A program made the translations under genes and the position numbers. A stretch of DNA of 64,000 bases from positions 155,375 to 219,374 of the forward strand of contig NW_003314418.1 of NCBI RefSeq assembly GCF_000143415.4, given 5' to 3'. Every line of letters starts with the position of its first letter. Position 1 is the stretch's first letter. Source of the DNA: Selaginella moellendorffii. Its lineage: Eukaryota; Plantae; Lycopodiophyta. Positions 50,501-61,299 of this stretch are shown here, piece by piece. Below the pieces are notes generated by a model. That model ran no database searches, had not been told where the DNA came from, and saw nothing but the letters and a program-made list of their open reading frames with translations.

Positions 50501-50663
50501 CACCACCGAAGACCCGCATCACACAAAACCATTGGAATAGCCACTAAAGCCTCTGCATCCGGAGTTCCTTTAGCAGCCAATAACTTCTTTACATTAGCTA
50601 ACCAAACTAGACATTCATCCACACCACCATCATGGGAAAAGGTTGGAATCTTGAGTTGATCCA
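47553..50663 (-). mobile_element. A1', duplicated copy of A1, 5'-truncated with internal deletions
   Basis: LTR 47553-47784 follows flank AATTG. Integrase, RNaseH, RT and gag pieces with deletions near 48680 and 49160. Ends inside gag. Confidence 0.92.
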
Positions 50664-51812
50664 ACCTTTACTTCATCAGCGAATGGAAATGTACAAATTT
50701 GCAAGAATGACTGGCAATTCCCAGTTTATTTTACTTCCTTTTCAGCCATACAAGCTTATTTATGCGTTGATGCTTGCTGAAGCTGGAAAGATAAACAAAG
50801 CTTTAAGGTTGGTAGTGATTTTTAACTGTATGCTTCGTTAACACAAGGTTTCTCTTCAAAGGTATTGCCAAGCAGTGTTGAAAACATTGAAAACAGCGGG
50901 CCATGCAGCTGATGTGTGCAAAGAAGCGGCTGTAGCCTTGGAAGAGCGTCTTCATATCCACTCTCAGGTTTGTAAGCAGACACTCGGCTTTTATACTCAC
51001 TTTCCTGTTATCCAGGGAGGCTCAATGTCAATTGTGCAACGGTTTTTTGGCAATATTGGTCTACACAAGTTGATTGGCCCTTCACCCCCGAAAGCTTCCG
51101 ATAATGCTGATATTAATAACTGTCCCACAACAGCTTCTAGTAGAAGCAGTTATCACTTGCCTCGTCAGCATCAATGGAACCCATAAGTGATAATACGAGA
51201 AGATCCAACATGCCAGCGAGAAGCATTTCTGAGACTGACTTTAGGCCTGCACAGGTAACTCGAGTTGCTCTTGTGTACCTTCCATTAAGACTTGTATTCT
51301 TTCATCAGATCGTTAGTCCAGCAAAAGGAACGCCAAACAGAGGCGTCTTTACTTCTTTCATGCAAAGAGTGATGGGCTTCATAAAAACACCTTTGAAGGA
51401 GGTTTGTAGAAGCTTTGGAAAGAGCGCTAGCTGATTGATGGTCGGGTATGTGATGCAGGCAAAGCTTGGCGACAGCAACAAGTTTATATACGACAAGACA
51501 CTGAAGCGCTGGGTTGGAGAACGAGCCGAGGCACAAGTGCCAGAGCTTCTGTTGGCTCCTCCTACGGCAAACAAGCTCATCTCGCGTGTGGAGGAGAACG
51601 GTGCTCCTCTTTCCATAGACCAAGATCAAGGTACTGTTTTGGTCATTCCCAGCACTCCAATCTCACAAGGTTTTTGCAGATATGTCGATACATTCAACAA
51701 AGGTAGCATAACACCATCCAAGACGTCATCGGACTCTCTTCCACTGTTTGGTGTGGTGCCAAAGGCAAGTATTTCGATAAATACTAAAAATTCTAATTAT
51801 CTCATTTTTTGA
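50663..51812 (+). pseudogene. SEC16: Inverted duplicate of the SEC16 3' fragment
   Basis: Motifs QFILLPFQPYKLIYALMLAEAGKINKALR and AKLGDSNKFIYDKTLKRWV. About 100-bp deletion near 51615. Confidence 0.88.
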
Positions 51813-52199
51813 AAAAACTTTTTATGGAGTCTCTTCTTGAACTATATGACAACATTAAATATCTGTACTACATTATTTAATAATCCTGCCTAAATTCAAA
51901 CAAAACTGATACAAGCTATTAGTATCATAACACCACCCTTGCATTTCAAATTCTTTGTCAAGCTTGCATTTCAAATTTTCCCCCTCTTAGCCTTATGGTT
52001 TTTTCTTAGGTTTTATTATTTGGGTTCTCTAGGGTTCGCCACTACTGGTTCATGGATCACATCTTAGGAGGCATTTTTTCTTCCTCTCTAGCACATCCTA
52101 AGCACATATCTCTCCCACACTGTTTTGGTTTGTTTATGGCTATAGTAAGTTTTTCTTTCCTCAAAACATATGGTTTCCATTATTATAAAGAATATACAT

Positions 52200-53523
52200 T
52201 CATATTTTAGTATTGCTTGGTGTGAGACTATATGATAGTGTAGTGTATTTACAAGAGAGTCATCCCATACTTGTCTATAGGCATGAGAGCGCATGCCTAG
52301 AAATCTCAAAACAAAAGAACAAAGATTTACAAGAGAGAGTCATCCAAAACTGGTCTATAGGTGTACAAGTGCACGCCAAGAAATCTCAAGCTTCTTTGGA
52401 GAAACTAAAATTTGAGTTTGGCTAGGTATGAGCCCACAAGCTAGCTTAAAAAAACAAGAGACTGTGTGAGAGAGAGAGTGTTAGAAATCCTTACATCTTT
52501 TAAGAATGAGTGTGAGACCATGCTTGTTCAAAGTTAAGTAACCCTCATTTCTTTGGTCATTTTACAAACTTGCACTTTCCAATCTGTTTCTCTCTTAATT
52601 TGACTTTGGTTTATTGTGAGCTCATATTCTTTCATCAATACATTAAATTGGGTCTTTAGTGTGCAAGTGCATGCTAGAAATTCTTTGACTTTATGTGTGC
52701 TTATTTTATGCATTTTTAATTATTTTCGCTATATATTTTCATGTTTTGTTTTCTCATGTTCACAAAAGGAGCTTTGTTTTTTAATTTCCTATTTGCTTGT
52801 CTTTTTTTTGTACTTTTTTCCTTCTATTTGTGTTTTGATATTTGTAATTTTCTTTGTTTTTCTCAAGTTAAAGGAGATGTAATAGAGATTGTTTGGGATA
52901 ATGGAGAATCAATTGCAAAAGGAAGAATAGAATCTTTAAATGCTATTTGCATTTGTCACTGTGCTTCTTTAAGTGTTAGATGTGTTTTGCTTTGCATTAT
53001 TAAGGGGTTTAACTCGAATTACTCCCACCCTATAGGTGAGTTGGATGTTAGTGGGTTTTCTATATAGAAGCAGAATCAACTAATGTCTCCAATAGAGATA
53101 TTTCCTACCAAAATCTCTTAGAGAAATACAATTGGAACACAAAGGAATAATGATAAAGATGTTATTCCACAAAAGATAGAGAGCAAAAATATTTCCAGAT
53201 GCAAGAATATCCCTAATTCTAGTTGTTCTTCTATAGATATAAATGCTTGTAGTATATGGTGTAAAGCTCTTGTGAAGATAGTGGATGCTATACATGCAGT
53301 TGTGGCTGAGGGATTAGTTATTATTGTAGACCCTCAAGATGCTCTACACAACATAACTTTAGTGTGGGATTATATTGGAATCTCAATCTCTTCTTTTTTT
53401 GATGTTTCAAATAAATTAGAAATAGGTAGTCTATTTTGATGGAAATTATCCCAAACTCTTTTTGGTAATAGTATACCATCTAACATACTAATAAGCACTT
53501 GCATTTCTTCTTCACATTATTGA
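52200..53523 (+). pseudogene. Inverted duplicate of the CACTA TnpA-like remnant
   Basis: KGDVIEIVWDNGESIAKGRIESL... mirrors 430-1800. Confidence 0.45.
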
Positions 53524-53914
53524 AAGCAAAAATATACATTTATCAGATAAGCTATTAAGAAGCAACCAAGCAAATAGAAATCAAATACTAAAGATTTAAC
53601 AAGTGGAGGTCCCTTGGGGACGATGGGGAATAAAAATAACAGTTAATTTAAGCATGGATAGCAATTCAAGATAAAAAATACAAGAATCAAGAATCTAGAA
53701 ACTTGTATTAATAACAACCTTAAGGATAACAACATTTAGAATATAACCACTACTCAACTCAGGCTTTTTGAACATCACCATCAATTGGAGAACGGAAATG
53801 CTCATAATGAAGACACACATGACTTTATTCAACACAATTATTGATAGGCCACAATTACTTTACAACAATTTAACATAACAAGGACTCATAAAAAGAGTAG
53901 CCATAGTATGCACT

Positions 53915-56900
53915 TGTCGCAAATGTGACTTCAGGTATCGAAAGCTACATATTGGCCAATATTTACGGACACTCTTTGCTTACTGCCACGATGGCAAGAG
54001 GTCAGTATTGTTAGTTCCCTTTATTGGCCCCTTTTGTTCAAGTGTTAGTAAATTGGGCTTAGCATCTGTACTTGGCCGGATGAGCATAAGGATGGAATTC
54101 CTAAATATCTATTTAGCCAAGCATACTTGGCCCAGCTTTTTAGTTTTTTTTTGCTCTGTCTTGCACTGGCTTGACAAAAACCCTTACGTATTGAGATTAG
54201 TCCCTCAATATCGCTGAATGATAGCTTACTGTGTTTGCCAAACATCCTCGCTATCATGCCCTTTGTGTTAATCTCATTCCGGTCCCAAATGCTATTTATG
54301 GAAAGTGTCTAGATTTGCTCATTTGGCATATCTACAGAATATAGAGATTGGCCTAAACACAATGGTGTTCGTCTTGTGTCCAAATTCGCAATTTAATGCC
54401 ATTCCATATTTAATAAGTTTCAAACTTGTCCCAAAGACTAACTCATGATACTAAGGGAGGCTTGGGGTGAAAGCCCAAAGCATGTGTTCCTCAAGAGAAA
54501 GGGGGTGGTCTATAGGGGGTTCCAAATGTATAGTCGGGATAGTGGGTAGGTCGAGCATGGGTGACCAACCTGAGGCATAGTCTAGCTTCCGCTTGCATGT
54601 CTATCCTTGTTTTGCATCCGGTTTGGGTCTAAGCCCAAGTTCCATTCCATTCTAGCTGGTGGAGTGCCTATGTCTTTGTGTTAAACCACCGGTATGCTGA
54701 AATAGCATCAAACTCCGTTTGGCTCCGTTTTGCATGTTGGTCTTGGCAATGGGATGCTAGTTGCTCTAGGACTATTCCAAGTCACTCCGAGCTCCTGTCC
54801 CTTCGCTTCTTGGGTTGTATGCTCAAGAGTTGCTCCATGGTCTGCTTCTGTCCCTCCTTAACTCTATACTTAGGAGTTTGACACCATTCCTTCGTTCAGT
54901 GGCCCAAGGCCCTAAACCTCAGGTTCCACACCACTATCTTATGGACACGTGGCATATGACACGTGGCACATGGAGGGTTTAGGTTCCACTTCATAGTGTT
55001 ATCCTATGGTAAATCACCATAGAATAAAAACCACATGCGCTACATTTGGTATCAAAGGATATGTTTCAGCGAGTACTATCCAATGAGATTGGGTAATTAG
55101 TCTCGTTGCATATGCAAAGATGAAACAATGATCCGAGTGGGTACACGTTTGGTGCAAAGGCTTTGGAATTGTTCCTTGGGTATGGATTTGGTTACCTTTT
55201 TGTACCGCATTGTATGAGCTTGCTTTTGGGCTCATAAGATGGATGTGAGATATTCTGTTTGCATGAGTTTACACGTAAGTGAGGCATATTAGCAACTCGA
55301 GATTACATTTTGAGTTGGCAAGATTAATGTTAGCCTATCGGTGGTTCCATGAGTTGTTCCATGTACCATGGGTGAAAGTAAACCATCCCTAGGTTTGCTA
55401 TGAGTGGCAAATAGGCTGGTCCGTAGCTATTTAGCATGGCATTAGTGGATCCTTCCTAGGTATGATCATAAATGGATCAATCAAGACTATAGGGATAAGT
55501 CTATTGGTTCAAGTCATTATTGTTGTGCTCTCTCATAAACTTTTCTTAGATTGGACTAAAGGTAATGTGAATGCAAGCTTAAGGTTTAGTCAAAGATGAG
55601 ACCGAAAAGAGAGTTGTTGAGGATGAAGGATCAAATATATAAATCATTTTCTCTTCTTGGAGAGATGATTTGCAACGAGGTGTTAACTCATTGCTTGTGT
55701 TCACATCATGCAATCAAAAGTCTTTATCTTGATGCATGTTGGAGATGATGGTCTTACAATAGTGAGTTGTGGGATGGATAGCGGTGAAGTGTTGAACCAT
55801 TTTGTTTAGGCTTGCTATTGAAGATTTGAATTGCAATGCTCAATTCTTTTCCGGGGAACCTTGCTATTGCTCCTTGTGTAGCTTGGTGTTTGATTAGTTT
55901 TGAGTTTGGTCAGATAGAGAGTGGCATGATCTTGTTCATGTTGTGAATAAAAGTTAGTGGTGTTGGGTGTTGTAAATCTCTATCGGTGGAATGTGGCATT
56001 ATGTTATATTTTGTCGAGTTGAGTTGACACTTGATACTCACATAAACCTTTGTAGTAGTGACATGTGCATTACTCATAGTGTTGCTCAATTGATGATCAA
56101 ATCACTGTGATTTCTATATCATATCCATGTGATAATGAGTAATATGTTTACGAAATTGCTTGGTTAAATGATAATCAACCCAAAAATGGTTGATAGTGAA
56201 GCTAGTTTACTTGCACGGAGTAGCATTGTAGTAATTTTGACTGAATTCTCAATGGTGGTCCATTACACTAAGGTTAAGTTGGTACCTTGTTTCCTAGGGA
56301 GTTTGCCCATTAAGGTGTTGGAAAAGGTTATAACATTCACTTGCTATGGCTTGTCGATTTATCCATTAACACTTCAAGTAAATTATTTGATAGAGAAGGT
56401 GTATAGTTGAGGCATTGACATTGCTAGCACTAGTGGAGATGATATTATTATTACGAGTGATGAGGAATTTTCCTTGTTACTTGATTTTCCATATTATTTT
56501 TCTTGTTAATATTTTGGCTTCACATTGGATCTTGAAGGTGGTTGAAGAAGAGTATTAGTGCAATGTGGATATCCAAAGATGTGGTCATCGTGATCAGCCT
56601 TGGATATTCACTTCACATTTTGTAGATGTCAGTGTTGAATATCGAAAAAATGGGCAAAGATGTTTGAGGCTTAAGCATATTATGGGTCATAAGAATCGGT
56701 GTTGAAGTGAACCTATGTGAAGTTGTAAATAGGAGGAAGTTGGTTGAGTTTTGAAAGTTTGTATTCTTGGACTGAGAGTCATTATTTCTCTAGAATGGAA
56801 AATTTTCCACAAATTTTCTTAGACTTCTCCAATAGTTGATCTGTTGATCATTTTGCCCGAAAACCATTTCATTTTCATAAGCCAATACAAACTAGTGAAG

Positions 56901-59900
56901 AGGTTGAAGTTGACTTTGGTTAGCTTAAACCTTAGTAGATAGTTTGTATGAACTTTTGGGGCTAAAGCAATTGAGTTGGATAAAGTCTGGAGTTGGTATA
57001 GAAAAGTGGCCATTGCACTTTTCTAAGAAGGGTGACCCTTGTGCCTTTCTTTTGTAGTGTCATGCTCGGTGGCAAGTTGTACTTTACATTTCGTTAAGAC
57101 TCTATGAGAGTAGTAAACTCTTACTGATCTTGACTTAGTCTTGGTAGCTTTGCGCTTTGGCTGAGGATGGTGATATCCAACTTAGTTGTTTGAGTTTGAG
57201 ATATTAATACCTGTACTATAGCTTTATCTATGAGGAGGTTGTGTACCGATATGAGTCTATCTCATGGTCCTCACTTTAGTTTTGACTAAGTGTTGATCAT
57301 GTATAACTAGCCTCTTCAAGGCATGCTCAGAGTTATTGGCTAAATGTGTTGGTGGGCTTATTACAATTGAGTTGGATTCGAGTGGTCATTTAGTTTGTGC
57401 TTGTCCATGAATCTTTATCTCATATATGGGGTATCACGTTCATATTGGACAAGTATATGGCTTGATGGCACAAGTTTAGTGTTTGGGTCTTGTGAAGGTA
57501 AGTTGGAGAGTGACTGTTAGTTGCTTTGCGACTAGTGATTGCTTGTAGACTTCATCGATGACTATTTGACACTTGCTTCGCTTGATGATGATTTAGCAGT
57601 GATGGGTTTGCTTTACTAGATGGTGTTGCAGAGGATCATGTCGTTAGACTTATATGGTTTTTCCATGTTAGTATATCGATTCTACCTTTGTCGATGTCAT
57701 TTAGTTGTATTTAGTCCGTGGTATTGGATTTTATTGAGTCTTGGATGTGGTGAATCACTCCTTGATGATGTGTTATTTGTACCTGAGTAATGTTGAAGAA
57801 TTAGTCTTGGATACTAAGTATAGTATTTTAAAGAGTTTTGAGTGGTGATTCACTCTTGTTTTCTTTTAGGTTTGTTATGGTGTTGATAGCATTGAAGTGA
57901 TGCCTTGTCATTGATATTATTGATGTTGAAATTCAAGTGAGATGAAATGTCTATCCTTAGGATTGATATTGAGTTTCATTACTCTCGATAGAGATAGTGT
58001 TGATAATTTAGTTGTAACTTTGTGTTATTAGCATTCGCGCATTTGCTACTTAGCAACTATGTTAACATTCAAATGAACTAAGTGGCATGAGTTAGTTATG
58101 TTCTAGACAAGATTATTTAATAGGGGTTGAGCTTTGGCTTTTCCTTGAAAAATGATTCAGTCGTGGACTATGCTAAGTCTACAAGTGGAAGAGTTAGTGA
58201 TCGATATTGGAGTGTTTGAATCCTTATTAGATTTGAGTTGGAATATATCGATCATTGATGATTCTTCTTATGTTTGTTATGAAGTGAGTTACATTTTGCT
58301 ATAGATGGGTTTGTGGAGGATCATTTGGTGATCACTTATTGAGCATAATTTCATTATGTTTGGGTTTTGGATTGATGCAAATATGCTCTTCATTAGCTTT
58401 GGCATTATGAAGTTTAGCTTATGGATGTGTTGAGGAGAATATTATGGATTGTACCATGATTTTTTATTTAGCATTGAAGTTGGTTTATGTGAAACTCGTG
58501 ATTATTATTAAGAAAAACTTGGCTATAAACTTCTTCAAACTTTTGGTTCCTTGAGTTTTTATGCTTGTGATCCATTTATTAGAAGTTGTTGGGGAAGGCA
58601 TTTTGGCTTGTTAGCTTCGATGTTGAAGTTAGTATTTGCATCTAGCAATCATTGGTCATGATTGACTATCATCTAAGATAGTTGATTATCCTTATTAAAG
58701 GTTTTTCTTGATTGTTGTTGATTAGAATGATTTGCTATTCTTCAGGATGGTGGATTTTTCCTTCATTAATGATTATGCATCTCTTTATTGATGGGATGAT
58801 TGATGATCTTTCATGATGATTAGTTGTTCTTTTTTATGGCTTTTGGCTTTTCGCAATACTACATGATCTTTATGGTTTGCTTTGGATTAGTCTCTTGGGT
58901 TTAAGACATCCGTAGGATGTTGCTGATACTTGCTTAGGCAACTTGAGTTCCTTAGTGTGTTGGGATCTATTTAGATTGGCTAGTGCGATGGTTGGTATGA
59001 ATGCTATGTTTGTTGATCTTGCAACATTCATTCTATTATGTTGATCATTGCTTGAGTTAATTTTGATAGATTGGGATGTTATTTCCTTTGGGTGATACAT
59101 TCACAAGCATTGTGCTTGTCAATCAATGATACTTTGTGTTCTTTGAGTTAACTATCTTTAGTAAATTGTTTGGCTTACTATCTATCATCTTTGGTAGTTA
59201 AGTTTCATCATTGAGTTTTCTTAATGATATACTTGCTATTGAATTTTGTTGGCTGGTCAATCTTATGTTTCTAAAAATGATGATCTTAGTGGTTCCTACA
59301 CTATCATACTAGTTTATCATATGATAACTTACTTGGAATACTTTTGTATTCTAATCTAAGATTTATTCACTGGTAATTAAGACTCTAAGATATCAATGTT
59401 TATAACTTTGATATTGTTCATCTATTGATCTTTGAGTTTGGGCTAGTATAAGCAGTCTAGCTTCGACACTTCGTGTGCATGGTGAAATATTTAGTCATAG
59501 GGTAGCTACTATCGATTGGTCACATAACCCGCCTCTTTGTCGATGTTCCTTATACCGTTAAAAGGGCGTGACCGTGTAAACAACTCTAACTACCTGTTTA
59601 CAGTAGTCTATATAAACCTTACCGATGGGTTTTGTATTTTTGCTCAGGAGGGTTGGGGCCTCTGGCTTCTCTCTTTATATCCCTGCAAGCAGGGGCGTAT
59701 GACACTTTTGTAAGCTAGGTGACACCCAGAGTAGCAAGGGTGGCTAAACTCATTTAAGTTGGTGCATTTCTCACATAGTGTGAATACCGTGAACTTTTTC
59801 TGGAATTGTTTCCTTGGCGGTATTTTAGACACAAGTATGCATCGACGAGGACGTCGATCTTCCCTAAGGGGGGAGAGTGTCGCGAATGTGACTTCGGGTA

Positions 59901-60972
59901 TTGAAAGATACCTGTCGGCCAATTCTTACAAACACTTTTTGCTTACTGCCACGATGGCAGGAGGTCGGTATTGCCGGTTCCCTTTATTGGCCCCTCTTGT
60001 TCAAGTGTTAGTAAATTGAGCTTAGCATCTGTACTTAGCCGGATGAGCATAAAGACAGAATTCCTAAATATCTATTTAACTAAGCATACTTGGCCCGGCT
60101 TTTTAGTTCTCTTTTGCTCTATCTTGCACTAGTTTGACAAAAACCTCGCGTATTGAGATTAGGCCCTCAATATCGCTGGATGATAACTTATCATGTCTAC
60201 CAAACACCCTCGCTATCATGCTTTTTGTGTTAATCTCATTCCAGTCTTAAATGCTATTTATGGAAAGTGTTTAGAGTTGCTCATTTGGCATATCTACAGA
60301 ATGTAGAGATTAGCTTGAACACAATGGTGTTCGCAATCTAGAGCCATTCCATATTTAGTAAGTTTGGAGCTTGTCCCAGAAACTAACTCATGATACTAAG
60401 GAAGGCTTGGGGTGAAAGCCCAAAGCATGTGTTCCTCAAGGGGGGGGGGGGTCTATGGGGGGTTCCTAAGGATAGTGGGTACGTCGAACATGGCTGACCA
60501 ACTGACCAACCTGAGGTCTCCCGCTTGTATGTCTGTCCTTGTTCTACATCCGGCTTGGGTCTAAGCCCAAGTTCCATTCCATGCTAGTTGGTGGAGTACC
60601 TATGTCCTTGAGTTAGGCCACCAGTATGCCGAAATAGCGCCAGACTCCATTTAGCTCTGTTTTGCATGCTGGTCCTGGCAATGGGATGCTGGTTGCTCTA
60701 GGACTGTTCCAAGTCGCTCCGGGCTTTTGTTCCTTTGCTTCTTGGGCTGTATGCTCAAGAGTTGCTCTATGGTCCGGTTCCATCCCTCCTTGGCTCCATG
60801 CTTGGGAGTTTGGCACCTAGTGGCCCAAGGCCTTAAACCTTGGGTTCCACACCACTGTCTTATGGACACGTGGTATGTGACATGTGGCATATGGAGGGTT
60901 TAAATTCCACTTCATAGTGTTATCCTATGGTAAATCACCATAGGATAAAAGGTAAAAACCACATGCGCTACA
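53915..60972 (+). mobile_element. Non-coding LTR retroelement D (LARD-like), same LTR family as B
   Basis: LTRs 53915-55044 and 59878-60972 (TGTCGC..GCGCTACA). PBS TTTGGTATCAAAGG at 55045. PPT AAGGGGGGAGAG before 59878. TSD GCACT/ACACT. The empty site is visible in segment X near positions 58-64. The T/G-rich interior lacks long ORFs. Confidence 0.92.
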
Positions 60973-61299
60973 ACACTCTTGTTCGATCCCAAAGTTGGCA
61001 AGAAACAACTTTGTTGAAGACTGATCAACTTTACCGAGCTTAGTATATCGTAGCAACATAAATACCACCACATAACATTGTGTTAGTTTACACCACATGA
61101 TTCTACAACTACACAATATTTCCTTGAAAAGAACACAACAAACCAAAAACAACAACAACAAAACCAAAAAAGCAAATTCAAAAAAATGATAACTCAAGAA
61201 AACTCTAGCACAACATCTAATGTACAAACACAACCCTGATCCACTCAAGAACAAGAGCAAGATCAAATACAACAAATACGAGAAGAGAAGAAACAACTC

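Noticed and set aside
57480-57570. VDFIDDY resembling a copia integrase motif inside D
   Set aside because: Isolated, wrong spacing to upstream motifs, and no other copia signature.
60979-60992. GTTCGATCCC resembling a tRNA T-loop/B-box
   Set aside because: No cloverleaf or A-box discernible in the reconstructed empty site.
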